This document shows positions 10,421-24,050 of a stretch of 64,000 nt of DNA, one piece after another. Position 1 is the first letter of the stretch. The number at the start of each line of letters is the position of its first letter. The DNA comes from Squalus acanthias (lineage: Eukaryota), in contig CM059432.1 of the NCBI GenBank assembly GCA_030390025.1, positions 81,284,001-81,348,000 of the forward strand, written 5' to 3'. A model generated the notes under the pieces. It saw only the letters and a list, made by a program, of their open reading frames with translations, was not told the DNA's origin and made no database searches. A program made the position numbers and the translations under genes.

Positions 10421-13019
10421 TTGCTGCTTTTTATTGGCATCCCTTTGCAGGAGCTCATACAGGCCAACCTCAAAAACTGATGAGCAGCTTCAAAAAGCAT
10501 TCAAAAAGCTGACATCTCAAAGAGCCCTGAATATAGGCCTCTGACCAAGGCTACTGCTTTATTGTGACTAAATTAGATTCTGTTTTATTACATGCTATTC
10601 CAGAATTTTCAACAGTATTTTGAGATCACATTTCACAAGTTGGTCCCTTTTTCTGTGAAAACTGAAATATAAGAGCCTTATCCCTGATGTGAAAACAAGC
10701 GGTTATGCAGCGAGTGCAGTGGGACATATCCAGAAATGTGTTAAGTTGTATATGGCACTGATGCAAGGCTTATTTCCTAGGAGAGTCTGGAAGCAATTCC
10801 ACTCCTCCCCGCCCTGCCCCCAGGAACTTTTGATCTTTGACACTCTCGAACATTTCAGCCTTAGGAGCCAAAAGTAATTGATTCTGTACAGGTTACATAT
10901 ATTTTAAGTATCAAAATAAAGTATTTGTTATAATTCACAATTGTCTCTTGATTTTTGTAATAAAAGAAGGTAACACATAATGAGCGTAAGCAGTCCAGTT
11001 GCATTAGCACACGGGCTTCCATGAATTACAAGAGGACATGAGAGTCAGCAATGTAGAAGTTCTCCAGTCACTACCTTATCTGACGTGGACACTCATCAAC
11101 AGCTTTCATTTTCGTTTACTTTTCCAGTGCATCCAAGTATTTTCATTTTGAGTATTCTTTGCAATTTTTTCATCCACTATGGTTTCATTTATTTTGGACA
11201 GAAGTTTTACTTTTTTTGATTACTATGCCAGGAATGGCTGGGTCACTTCCTATTTGTATTACTTTCTTCTCAAGTTGTTTTGTTTGGTGAGTGTGCAGAG
11301 GAATAGGATGCTGGATCTGTTCACCATGTTTAGTTTGCATTTCTCATTTTTAAAACATTTCCTGTCCTCAAGCTTACCACGGTTCAATTTACTGTCAGGC
11401 ACGCTTCCAGGTATAGTAAACTATTCAATTATGGCAATCTCTTTAAAATTATTTTTCTGCAGTTACCAAGTACATTATGTACAGTACTCACAAATTCAAA
11501 AGGCAAAATGCTGACTGTCAACTTGAACTACAATAAATGCACCCATGCCAGTGTAATCCACATCTTGAGAACAAATGGTAGGGGGGTGGGGAAAGGGAGC
11601 TACACAGGAGGGGAAAGGGGGAGACTGCTATCTACGACACTGGGGATTGCCACTCACTGACTAGTATTTACTGTGACAAAATCTCTCGGTGCTGTTACCT
11701 TCATCAAGAATTGACATATATACCAACTGTCAGCCTTTTAAGGTAATAGTCAGCATTTCATCCCAAGCGTCAAGTTATCAGCATTTCACACAAGAAAAAT
11801 TACCTTTGTTTACTGGGATTGGAGCTTGTCTGTATCAACCAATCAGATAATTTGGAAGGCAATACTGGAGCCTAGCAGAAACAATCAGATCCGTTGGATG
11901 GCAGGAGTAAAGGCAGAGAATTTTAAAATAAGCTGATGGATTCTAAGAGTCGCTGTTATAGGTGTATTTGTTTAGTCTTTGCCCCCAAATAAGTTATACT
12001 TGACCAATAAGTTACTAAAATGCTGATTTTTTTTCATTTTCCTAAGAAGGACTCTGTGGAATATGCTCAACTGTTATCTTATGTGAAGTATTTTCATCTT
12101 TTTTTGAGATGAGGAGGATGTTCCTTGTTGTGAATGAATTAATGGGCTTTATTTGAGCATTCCTGTCACTGCACTTGTGGAATCGGCAATGTCTAGAAAT
12201 AAAATAAGGAGTGGATTGGAGTTGCAATATATTTTACTTAATTCGTGTTACACTCAGAATTACAGCAGGCTCCAAAATACCCCAAATTGCACCAAATCAA
12301 GTGTCAAAAATCAAAACTTTATGCACATGGGACCAGGCCTCCTTAGAAAATAAAATCTCATTCCTTCAGCACATTGCCTTTGGTAATTTCTAAATCCATC
12401 ACTGCTGCAAACCCTGCTTTTATGTATTGCTTGCATAAATTGAGAGAAAACCAAGGAATCAGTTTTCAAAAAATGTTAAGGTTATTGCAGTTACCATAAC
12501 ACTGTGACAAAGCTACATATTTTCAGAAGATTGTAGTGTTATCTACATCTCTGGAATTGATTAGTAAGGACACACAAAATTCATGACTTTAATGCAAGAT
12601 CACATCAGATCCATGTACACAAGGCCTGAAAAGATGAGAAGTTATAAGATGAGAAGTTCCACCTTTCTAATTGCAGACTATTTCAACACACACAGGACAA
12701 ACGGGTGGGAAGTCAGCCAGCGGGATTTAAATGGAGCCCAGGAGTTATCCTTTAAAAATTGTCCCTAAAGAACTGAGCATCATTTTTTCTTTTAATATTT
12801 TATTCATTGAGTTTCAGGGAAAGATCTCACTTCCTCTTCTCCACCATCAACCCCCCCCCCCCCCCCACCCCTGCGCAACACACCTTGGAGCTTGGCTTTA
12901 GGTCTTTTTCCCAGGGTATTACCATGACACTTTCATTTCTCATAGAGATTGATCTTTGTTTCTCAGAGATTTCCATGATGTTTCGTTTAGGGAGTTGTGA
13001 TAACAATCTCATTTATCAC

Positions 13020-13525
13020 AGGCACTGGAGAAGGTGCAAAAAAGATTTACAAGGATGATACCAGAACTAAGAAGTTATACCTGTCAGGAAAGGCTGAACA
13101 GACTGGGGCTCTTTTCTTTAGAAAAGAGAAGGCTGAAGGGTGACCTGATAGAGGTTTTTAAAATCATGAAGTGATTTGATACGGAAGACATAGAGAAGAT
13201 GTTTCCACTTATGGGGGAGTCCAAAACTAGGGGCCATAAATATAAGATAGTCACTAATAAATCCAATAGGGAATTCAGGAGAAACTTCTTTACCCAAAGA
13301 GTGGTTAGAATGTGGAACTCACTATCAGAAGATTAGTTGAGGCGAATAGCATAGATGCATTTAAGGGGAAGCTAGATAAAAAACATGAGGGAGAAAGGAA
13401 TAGAAGGATATGCTGATAGGGTTAGATGAAGAGGGGTGGGAGGAGGCTCGTGTGGAGCATGAACGCCGCATAGACCACTTGGGCCAAAACGCCTGTTTCT
13501 GTGCTGTAAATACTATGTAATTCTG
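13020..13525 (+). mobile_element. CR1 LINE 3' end
   Basis: LGLFSLEKRRLKGDLIEVFKIMK...KTRGHKYK...FFTQRVVRMWNSL plus 3' UTR. Confidence 0.9.
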
Positions 13526-14054
13526 TTTGTGAAAAGTAATTGAATTCTGTGAAGGAGAACATACTTGAAGAGTATGGAATTATTAGCATATTTAGATTCT
13601 GTGGAAGTGTCTAGGGAAAAATCTTGTTCAATTAGCTCTAGGTGGTCTTTGGTTATTAAGACTGTGACTAACTTGCTTGACTAGAGCAGCAGTAACAAGA
13701 CTACTAATTATACATGTAATAGATTGAATGATGCCAGAGAAATCTTCAGAAGTACAGAAGATGACAGCTACTCAACTACATTGCTGCAGGCAAGCCTGTA
13801 CTGTTGTCCATAATTCTAAATCTTATCAGTCAGCAGGTAGATCAACCAGCATTTGTTTGCTTAGTTTAAACCTGTGTCCGATTTCTGATTCATGAAGTAA
13901 ATAAACTTAGGCCGCACCTATAAACCTGCTATGAAGGTGTTTCCTATTATTTTTCGCTGGCAACTGCAACGATAGACATCTTGCCATTATCAGCATGTGT
14001 CTGGCAACTGAAAGAATTTGTGCTCTTTTATGTGATTGTGGCCCTGTTTAGACT

Positions 14055-16577
14055 TGTTCGCCTGGAATTTCCATAATAGTTCTCCTGATCGTCCACCATA
14101 ATTTTGGTGGAAAATTGGTGAAAACCTCAGAGAAATGACCAAAACAGCTGTAGTGTGCCTCTGTTACCAAAAACGTGTGCCTGGAATTTCTGCAGTGCTG
14201 TTTCCAATCTCCACCTTAACTTCAGTGAAGCTCAGCAGAAACCCTGAGAAATGGCGTAAACCTCGATATCAAATCCACACACCCCCCACCCCACCACCAT
14301 GACGGGCAGGAGAGGGTTAATAATTTAAAAAGTGGGGAACACGTCCCCAATCCGCCACGTTTTTACAGAGGCAGGTAACGTGCCATGTGAGTGTCCCGCC
14401 CTCGAGAGGCCGGACACTTCATTAACACATTTAAATCAGGCTCCCACAGTGCAATTGGGAGGCAGATTTAAATGTAACAACTGCCGCACGGGTTTCCCAG
14501 GGGACAGGAAATCCGGCAGTGAAATGGAGGCGGGAGCTGCCGGCTCCAGAAGGCAAGTGCTTTTTAGAGCACCGCTTGTGGGCCAGGAAGAGCAAGAGCA
14601 CTTTCCCGGCCTCTCAAAGAAGCCTTCGGCCTCCGCTCTACTGATCATGGCCTTTCTCTCCCCTCTGCCGCGATCGGCAACCTTCCCCCACCAAGCACCA
14701 ATCTATAGCTCACACCCTCTCTATTGCCGCTCTCTTTGTTTCAACCCCCACCATGCCCCGATCTGTAGCCCCCTCTCCCCCGATTGCTGGGGATCATCCC
14801 CAAGGATCCCCAGCTGCGGCCTCCTGCCACTGGTTTTCCCACCCGGCAGCCGGCCAGCCTGTCAATCTGGCTGGCTGCCGGGCAGGAAACAGAAGAAGAA
14901 AATGTTAATGATATTAACGGCAGGGCCTCCTTGTCCCTGGGCTTTCCAGGTTTTAGACGGGTTACCCCGCACCCTCCCCATAAATATCGAGACTGGTGTC
15001 TCTGGGTTTCCACTAATTTTCTGCCGAGGTTATGGCAAGAGATCGGGGAACCCTCCCCTCCCTGGAAATTCTATCCCTCTAATTAATATAATCGTTGGCT
15101 GAAACAATAATTTTGCAGTGAAACTGTCAGCATTCACTGTCATTACCCCTCTGAAACGGACCGTAACTTCAGGATTTAGCGTATGCGCAGATAAACGTAG
15201 GAATGCTGAAGTTGCGCTCAGGCATTCCTTGCTCCGCCACAGGCCACACTGTTGAATTCCCCACATCCGGCAATCAGTGTAATACTTGAACCGACAAAAA
15301 CTTGAGCTTTTCCGCTCTAATATCTCTGTTAAACACCCCATAAAAAGTTAAGCCTTGTTGGAATAGGTGTAACTGGAGTTTTAGTGTCATAATGACTGCT
15401 GAACAACCGTTCTGGCTCTGAAAAATTAATTTTATATTTGTGGAATGACAAATTTCTCCATTATGATAAAAAGTACTAGATTTTTAAAATATAAAAAATA
15501 TTTTTTTAAAAGTGGCTTATGATATTTCAGCTTCCACCTTAACCCCATGTGTATGTCCTAATTATTTCGCTCTCTGTAAAATTTTTAGATAATCTGTGCT
15601 TCACATTTCCTGGTTTACTGTCTGTGAGAATTCTTCAATGTGATTGGCAGCTTAGACAGCTTGATGACATCACTGCTAATGCACGCTGGGGATTCACAGC
15701 GCTACAATTATATTAAGGTTGAGAAAGCTAAAGTTCTCACCACAGAGATCACAAGGGCCCAGAAATTCCGTTCCCTACGGGTGTGTACGTGCTGTGTACT
15801 CACCTGTAGGGCCAACGGAAGTGCTGCTTTTACGCATGCACTGCGCATGTGCTGGAAACCGGAACCTCCATTCTCTGCAGAAAGGGCTTCACAGGTCAAC
15901 GCCTGCGCCGGCTAGGCAGCGCATACGGCAGAAACTTCCGGTTTTTTCATGGTTGCTTGAGTCCAGGTAAGCCGGGAACAGCTGCACCTAGAAAAGCAGG
16001 CGCAAGGCCTGCTTTTACCAGGCTAATAGTTTAAGAAAGTAAAAAAAAAAAATTTCCACTGATTTATCATTTTAAAATACTTTAAAGAAAGGTAAGTGTA
16101 TTTTTAGCCCCGTTAAAACTTTAATTATTTTTTTCAAAAATTAAATTTTTTGTTTAAAATAGTTAATTTATGTAATTTATAGTCATTTTAAAAATGTGAT
16201 TTAAAAAAAAAATTATTTGAAGTTTTACTTATGTTTTGGGGCTGATCTCTATACATAGATTTGACAGGTCTTCCTGTCAAATCTATGAATGGAGATTCCC
16301 TGCTCTGATTGGCTCCCCATGGCCCACGTGATCCCAGGGACGCTGCGAACTACCTGCGCCCCTGGGATACGCGTGCCCTGCACACCGGCAGATTGAAGAG
16401 GCGCAGCAATGGAATTCTGCGCCTCCCGGGAGCCCTCCGGTCCAGGTGCAGATTTTTCCAAATCGCAGCCCTCCGCCCGCAGGAGGGCTGCGAACGGAAT
16501 TTCTGGGCCAAGATCTTTGTGGGCAGCTTTCTTTGAGGCCAGCAGCGATCACCATCACTGACTACAAATTCTGGGCC
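14055..16577. repeat. Cluster of nested non-autonomous DNA-transposon-like repeats
   Basis: Several CCTGGAA(T/A)TTC and AAATTCTGGGCC TIR-like ends around GC-rich blocks; encloses the 15756-16509 MITE; internal boundaries unresolved. Confidence 0.5.
15756..16509. mobile_element. Harbinger-type MITE (family E, copy 1)
   Basis: Perfect 18-bp TIR GGCCCAGAAATTCCGTTC, TSD AAG (15753-15755/16510-16512); homologous to 38006-38742. Confidence 0.9.
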
Positions 16578-16579
16578 AT

Positions 16580-17640
16580 TGCCTCTATTTATAAAGCCCA
16601 GGATCCATATGCTTTATTAACTGCTTTGTTAGCCTGTCCTGCCACCTTCAAAGATTTGTCCACAAACACCCTCAGGTCTCCCTGTTCTTGTACCCACTTT
16701 AAAATTGTAGTATTTAGCTTGTATTGTCCCTCCTCATTCTTCCTACCAAAATGTATCACCTCATATGCCATGAATTTGTCCATTCCACCAGCCTGTCTCT
16801 GTCTTCTTGAAGCCTATTATTATCTTCGTCACTGTTTACTACACTTCCAAGTTTCGTGTTATCTGCAGATTTCAAAATTATGCCCTGTACCCCCAAGTGC
16901 AAGTCATTAATGTATACCAAATATAGCAGTGGCCCTAGTACTGAATCCTGGGGAACACCACTGTACACCACCCTCCAGTCCAAAAAAACCCCATTCAAAT
17001 CTCTCTGTTTTCTATCCCTTAACCAATTTTATATTCTTGCTGCTACTGCCCTTTTTATCTCATGGGCTTCAATTTTGCTAACAAGCCTATTATGTGGTAC
17101 TTTATCAAAAGCCTTTTGAAAGTCCATAGACACATCACCTGCACTGCCCTCATCCACCCTCTCTGTTACCTCATCAAAAAACTCAATCACGTTAGTCAAA
17201 CACGATTTGCCCTCATCATATCCATGCTGGCTCTCCTTTATTAGTCCATGCTTGTCCAAGTGGCCGTTAATTTTCTCCCAGATTATTGTTTCTAAAACCT
17301 TCCCCACCACCGACGTTAAACTGATTGGCCTGTAATTACCAGGTTTATCCTTCTCCCCTTTTTTGAACAAGGGTGTTACATTTGCAATCCGCCAGTCCAC
17401 TGACAGCACCCCTGTATCTAAGGAAGAATGGAAGATGGTGGCCAGCACCTCTGCAATTTCTACCCTTCCTTTCCTCAGCAACCTAGGATGCATCCCATCT
17501 GGACTGGGTGATTTAGCCACATTAAGTACTGCCAGCCTTTCTAACACCTCCTCTTTAACTATTTTTTATCTCATCCAGTATCCCAACAAACTCCTCGTTT
17601 ACCATAGCTTTGACAAAGTCCTCATCGTTGGTAAACACAA
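16580..17640 (-). mobile_element. CR1 LINE RT fragment
   Basis: ORFs 17029-17547 (PLFKKGEKDKPGNYRPISLTS...DFQKAFDKVPH) and 16756-16998 (GVPQDSVLGP). Confidence 0.92.
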
Positions 17641-18165
17641 TATCAGTTTCAAATGACAGTCAATCCTAGAGGTTTTAAGTGATGTTTGAATCAGGGCCTG
17701 CCAGCCTTGGCTCTGAGATTCTGCCTGCTGTACTGGGTGGGCACCCATTTCTATTAAGTTAATGATCCTGTCCTCAGGATTTTGACATGGGAAGCCAAAG
17801 AGATGGGCAGAAGTTCTGTCATTCTACATTTCCAGAGATGCAGTGGTGCCTCTGGAATCTCTATGCTAGGTAACTAGCTGTCCTAATTTCGGCTGCTTGT
17901 GTCTTCTCTAAGGCCCACCAATGGTTTTCTAGCTTTAAAAAGGTAGCACAACATTCTGACCTGTTTACAAATCCAGTCTGAGTTTTTCCCCAGTGTGAGG
18001 AGGAAATGATGTCCACAGAATATTGCCCTGTAGAATGACCAGTGACAGGTCTCTAAAAAACCAAATATGACAAGTTTAGCAAATTTTAGCAAAAAATAGC
18101 TTTAAATATTGTCCTCTATAATATCAGATATTAATCATAAAATTGTCAAAAATGCATTGTGTATT

Positions 18166-19340
18166 AACAACAACAACTTGCATTTATTTAGCACCTTTAA
18201 CGCAGTAAAACGTCCCAAAGGGCTTTGCAGGAGCGTTATCAAACAAAATTTGACATTAAGCCAGATATTAGGACAGGTGACGAAAAGCATGGTCAAAGAA
18301 GTCGTTTTAAAGGAGGAGAAAGAGGTAGAGATGCGGAGAGTTTTAGGGAGGGAATTCCAGAGCCTAGGGCCCAGGCAGCTGAAGGTATTTTTTTTTTATT
18401 CGTTTATGGGATGTGGGCGTCGTTGGCAAGGCCAGCATTTATTGCCCATCCCTAGTTGCCCTTGAGAAGGTGGTGGTGAGCCGCCTTCTTGAACCACTGC
18501 AGTCCGTGTGGTGAAGGTACTCACACAGTGCTGTTAGGGAAGGAGTTCCAGGATTTTGACCCAGCAACGATGAAGGATCGGCGATATACTTCTAAGTCAG
18601 GATGGTGTGTGACTTGGGGGGGACATTGGAGGTGGTGGTGTTCCCATGCTCCTGCTGCCCTTGTCCTTCTCGGTGGAAGAGGTCGCGGGTTTGGGAAGTG
18701 CTGCCGAAGGAGCCTTGGCGAGTTGCTGCAGTGTATCTTGTAGATGGTACACACTGCAGCCACAGTACGCTGGTGGTGGAGGGAGTGAATGTTTAAGGTG
18801 GTGGGTGGGGTGCCAATCAAGCGGGCTGCTTTGTCCTGGATGGTGTCAAGCTTCTTGAGTGTTGTTGGAGCTGCACTCATCCAGGCAAGTGGAGAGTATT
18901 CCATCACACTCCTTACTTGTGCCTTGTAGATGGTGGAAAGACTGGGGAGTCAGGTGGTGAGACACTCGTGGCAGAATACCTAGCCTCTGACCTCTTCTTG
19001 TTGCCACAGTATTTATGTGGCTGGTCCAGTTAAGTTTCTGGTCAATGGTGACCCCCAGGATGTTGATGGTGGGGGATTTTGCGATGGTAATGCCGTTGAA
19101 TGGCAAGGGGCGGTGGTTAGACTCTCGCTTGTTGGAGATCGTCATGGCCACCAATTGTGGAGGGAAGAAAATTGGGGATGCTTAAGAGGCCAGAATTGGA
19201 GGAGCACAGAGATCTCGGAGGCTTGTAGGACTGGAGGAGGTTACAGAGATAGGGAGAGGCAAGGACATGGCCATGGAGGGATTTGAAAACAAGGATGAGA
19301 ATTTTAAAATAGAGGTGTTGCCAGACAGGGAGCCAATGTA
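18166..19340 (-). mobile_element. L2 LINE 3' fragment, interrupted by another LINE
   Basis: (CAA)n tail at about 18167; LHWLPV...FKILILVFKSLHG in 19117-19392; homologous to 32970-33420. Confidence 0.85.
18387..19145 (-). mobile_element. Second CR1-group LINE family, 3' fragment
   Basis: MEYSPLAWMSAAPTTLKKLDTIQDKAARLI...SWNSFPNS with a poly-A tail; same family as 60060-62740. Confidence 0.88.
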
Positions 19341-19444
19341 ACATAACTTCCTTCTTGTTTTTAGCTTGATACTTAGAAAAAGAATCTTCCACTTATTTCT
19401 TTACTGAAGTAACGGAAGTAGCGGCATGAACTGTCTCACTGCAG

Positions 19445-19815
19445 TTAAAAAGAACCTGCACTCATATAGAGTCTTATCACATCCTCAGGATGGCCCAAAG
19501 TGCTTCAAATCCAGTAAATTACTTTTGAAGTGTCGTCACTGTTGTAATGTAGGCAAATGTGGCAGCAAGTTTGCACACAGCAAGACTCCACAAAAGGATT
19601 AAATGAATGATCAGTTAATCTGGTTTTAAGTCGTGTTGGCTGAGAGAGAAATATTGGTCAGGACACTGGGAGAACACATTGGTCTTTTTTTTAAATAGCG
19701 CCATGTAATCTTTTAGGTTCACCTGAACAAGACAGACAACCCTCAGATAAATGTTTCATTGAAAGACAGCACTCTCAATGCTCAGCCCTGGAGTGGGATT
19801 TGAACCACAATCTAC
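19445..19815 (-). mobile_element. Degraded DeuSINE (SacSINE1-like)
   Basis: ACTTTTGAAGTG...CACTGTTGTAATGTAGG and other blocks match the 8914 and 22700 copies. Confidence 0.75.
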
Positions 19816-21436
19816 TGTTCTGAACAGTTGTCAACAATGACTCTATGAACTATTTCAATGAACAAGATAAACTATTTTAATCACACACTAGGGTGTTCTT
19901 AGCATGTTTATTTTATTCCACTTAGTTGATTTTAGACCCGTTCTAAGCAGAATGTGACTGAAACACTAATTGTGATCCATTCTACCAGTAGAGGGAAGCG
20001 CAGTGACATTCTGCATTGTTCACTTCACACACTCACTTTGATTTCTTAAGCAAAACTCTTCTTAATTTAATTTACTTTAACATATTTAACTAATGATCCT
20101 CCTGTCTGACAGCAGTCCAAATAGTTAATTTTTCTGGCTTCTGAATTTGGCAACACTTAGCTGTTGTCAAATTTTGTTACGTTTTCAGATATCTTTAGGG
20201 TTCTGACTGCAGATTTTCCAGATTAACATTGGGGCTACTTAAACTGGTTACCTGAACTAACAACTTAATTTGCTAACATTCTCCATGAACAGTATTTTAA
20301 TTATATAAATCCCTTAACCTGAAAACTTATGTTATTTTTTCTGAAACTTTAAATCTAAGTCTAAATGCTTGAGAGAACCTTTCATCTCAGTTACACTGCA
20401 CTGCCCTTCTCTCAAGTGGTACCAAAAAGGTTTCCTTGTGCTGCGGGTCTCTGTTGTACGTTATATGATAATTAATTTCAATTTATCTACAAATAAAATT
20501 AATACTTTTCCAAGCGTACAAAAGGTATGGTTTTCCCTCCTGCTCCAGATTTAACTCTGCATCAACACTTCTTTTAAAGAGTATGCAAACTTTAAAAAAT
20601 ACTGAAAATTGTGACTGGCCTGTTACAGAATATGTTCTGAATGACTTTGTATTATGATGATGTTATCTGTTATAGACTGAGTTCCACAAGGGTCTGTACT
20701 GTGGTCTATTCATAATAAATTAGAAGGAGGTTACTTTAAGTCATATTATAAACTTTGACAGTGTTAAGCCATGTTGTCAGGTGACCAGTGTACAGGACAG
20801 TGAAGGCATTCAGAGAGATCTGGTCAAATTAAGTTATGGAATTTAATACGAAAAAATATAGTCAGATAGAAATTGGTTATGGTGAACAGCGTGCACCCCA
20901 ACCAGGAAGCCTGAGGTCAGCTCAAAATTGGTCCTTGGGCCTCATTATCATTATTTTGCCGAGCTGCTGTTATGTCTCCACATGCAACTCCCCCCTTTTC
21001 TAAAGATGAATGCAAGTCATGGGGGACGGGATGGAGTGCAATCAGGAGTGCTGTGGGGTCGGGGAGCATGCCTGCTCCTCCTAGCTCCACAGCAACAATT
21101 TCTGAATTACAAAAATAATCAAACTTGCCTTTTGTTGGTGGCTGCAGTGGCCACTGAAGAAACCCGAGCGGAGCAGTCCCGACTTCTGCTCCGCTCATCA
21201 CCAACCAATTTCTGCTAGCGGAGCTAAAATAGGCATTAGCCCCTCATTTACACTTGTAGGGACCTAATGCCCGTTTTAGGCAGCTGCCAGAGACGCCTGC
21301 AAAAATGTGCCCGACAAATTTAGCAGTGGCTCAAACCCATGCGCAGATTGGGTGCCGGCCGTCCCACTGCTAAATACGGGTGCAATATCATTGAATTTAA
21401 CCTCGAATGTTCTCTTAAATTCTTCTAAGAATTAAA

Positions 21437-22070
21437 GGAGGCAAAATTCAGTTACGCCCCAGCCGCTAAATTGGGCTTACTGCCCCGGCGAGGAAGCAGA
21501 GCGCTATCTCGGGTGCTCCACTTCCTCTCTGGGCGCAAAGCGTAGTAGCATGGTACCAGGGCGGCGTGGTGCCGTGGCTGCAGCCCAGCACTGAAACGCA
21601 GTGCCGGAGGGCGGGATGGCGATCACGGACCATGCCAAGGGCCACCAAGAGGGGCCGACCTGGAGGTCAGCCAAAATAAAAAATGGCTGACCTCCTGCAG
21701 GGCGCAGCTGGACCGCCCCTTTAATTAGCGCCCCGCCAACAGTGTGCGGCCCGGATCGCAACCCACAAGGCTGTCACTGATATTGCCCGCGGCAGCTTCT
21801 TGGGGCACAGCTGAATTTCGGCCGCAGCACGCTAAGGACCGTGGCGCTAAGGGGTCGCGTCGCTCGTCGATGACGTCATCGCCGGCGGCGCATCAGTCCG
21901 GCACGCTGCCAGTGGGGGCACGCCGCTATCGGCTAGCGCCTCAGCAGCGCCCCGCCGAATTTCTTGGCAGGCGCTATTAGCGACCCCACCCGGGTGATAA
22001 ACCCTTTGCACCCCATTAGCGCCCCCTGGAGGCGCTAACGGCAGGCGCAAAGGAGGTGAATTTCACCCCC
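21437..22070. mobile_element. GC-rich Harbinger-type MITE related to family C
   Basis: TIR GGAGGCAAAATTCA / TGAATTTCACCCCC, GATGACGTCATC palindrome and repeated TAGCGCC; right end similar to 43300-43370. Confidence 0.75.
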
Positions 22071-22332
22071 ACAATCGCTGAAGTAAAATGTAGCTTCCAC
22101 TGATGACCATGAAGTATCTTCAGAAGTGAATTTTATATCAGTGATATAAATCTGATGCAGAATGGTTTCTCTGTATAGTTATCATTAAAAAGTTGTGTTA
22201 TTGACAAGGCAAGTTAGCTCAATGAAATTACATGAATAAGTAGTCACCGAATCTTCACTTGTTTCCTATTGTTGCATTTTTATTTTATTTCATCTTAAAC
22301 ATATCCATCATTAAATTCTCTTTGAATTACAG

Positions 22333-22468
22333 AGGACCTGGACGATTTGAGGATGGAGGGCATCACTGACCATGTGCCTTCTGGTAGCAAGTTTAGCCAA
22401 GGTCGAAGTCTGTACTCTGCAGAACCTCAAGCCAAAGTTACGCTCAACATCTGCTCGAGGTGTGCCAG
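22333..22468 (+). CDS. C8orf34: Internal coding exon of a C8orf34 (VEST-1) ortholog
   Basis: ttctctttgaattacAG acceptor and AG|GTATAG donor; 136 nt, phase 1 to phase 2; encodes (E)[44 protein letters not shown](R), matching recalled human C8orf34 [46 protein letters not shown]. Confidence 0.9.
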
Positions 22469-22699
22469 GTATAGTAGGCACCAATACAGTACCATCACTG
22501 CCAAAATTTTAATCAGTTGTAAAGCCACTCTCTCTGCGTTCCAAATATGAAAGTCATTATGCTTTCCGTACTTTGAGCAGCACAAATTAAGCTGCATCTG
22601 AATTTTCAGGTTATATTTTTAAACAAGAAATCTTCAGCTCCACACAGTTAGTTTGCTGCTATAAAGTGCCTAGCCCTCTAGTTGCTGCCACTATTGAGT

Positions 22700-23075
22700 G
22701 TCAGCTGTGGCTCAGTTGCAGTGCTGAGGGAGTGCTGCACTGTCGGAGGTGCCGTCTTTCGGATGAGACGTTAAACCGAGGCCCCGTCTGCTCTCTCAGG
22801 TGGATGTAAAAGATCCCATGGCACTATTTTGAAGAAGAGCAGGGGGAGTTATCCCTGGTGTCCTGGCCAATATTTATCCCTCAACCAACATAACAAAAAC
22901 AGATTATCTGGTCATTATCACATTGCTGTTTGTGGGAGCTTGCTGAGCGCAAATTGGCTGCCGCGTTTCCCACATTACAACAGTGACTCCACTTCAAAAG
23001 TACTTCATTGGCTGTAAAGCTCTTTGAAACATCTGGTGGTCGTGAAAGGCGCTAAATAAATGCAAGTCTTTCTTT
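22700..23075 (+). mobile_element. DeuSINE (SacSINE1-like) with an internal head deletion
   Basis: CAGCTGTGGCTCAGTTG joined directly to CAGTGCTGAGGGAGTGCTGCACTG; L2-like tail GGCGCTAAATAAATGCAAGTCTTTC. Confidence 0.82.
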
Positions 23076-23620
23076 TCACAAAGCCCAACTGCTGAGCACC
23101 CTGTTAAGGTATTATTTTTACAGTGTAGGACCTTCAGGTATCCTAGCAGTAGTAATTTCTAATATCACAGTGAAAAAAAGGCACATAAGCTTTTAAGCCT
23201 AAACAGTTCCAAACACTGAAGTATGTTTAACCTTTAGATCTTGGCCTTATGAAATCCCCATTTTGGTTTAACTTAATTTCCAAATTCAGTTAGTAGTTCA
23301 TCCTAGCCCTCCATTTCAATTTGATCCCTTTAGTTATTGAGTATCATCAGCAATCCAGCTCCTAAGTCTTATCTAGAGCTAGTTCTCCCCAAAATTGTCT
23401 AAGAGCATCATCAGGCGCCTCCTGAGCCACCACAGATGGCTGGTCATTTCCGTGCACACTTACCCATATTTACACTGCCAGTTTAAGACTACCATGACAT
23501 CATTGATGTAATCTTATGAAAAGAAGCCACTGAGTTTTATTCCATTCTAAGAAACAGCAGTGAAACTGTGTCTTTGTGAAGCAGGCACAGGCAGGCATGA
23601 ATAACTCAAGATTAATCCTG

Positions 23621-23792
23621 GGAAGAGAAGCCATTGCAGGTGATTCTCTGGCTATGATTATATAGATAAGAATGGAACCAGGTGAGTGTAGTCCCACCCA
23701 GCTGGACGACGGTGGAGAGGCGTTGAAGGAGGATGGTGTGGTCAATCGTGTCAAAGGCTGCAGACAGGTCAAGAAGGACAAGGAGGGATAGT
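23621..23792 (-). mobile_element. L2 RT fragment
   Basis: Matches 34050-34180 (LDLSAAFDTIDH region). Confidence 0.8.
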
Positions 23793-24050
23793 TTACCTCA
23801 AATCTCCTCTTAGCCTTCTCTTCTGTAAGGAGAACAACCTCAGCTTCTCCAGTCTATCCACGTAACTGCAATCCCTCATCCCTGGAAACATTGTAGTAAA
23901 TCTCTTCTGTACCCTCACCAAAGCCTTCACATCCTTCCTAAGATGTGGTGCCCAGAATTGGACACAATACTCCAGCTGAGGCTGAACTAGTGTTTTATAT
24001 AGGTTTAGCACAACTTCCTGGCTTTTGTACTCTATGCCTCTATTTATAAA

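Noticed and set aside
14332..15102. 256-aa ORF
   Set aside because: Non-ATG start, Pro/Gly-rich with no recognisable domain, lies in a GC-rich non-autonomous repeat.
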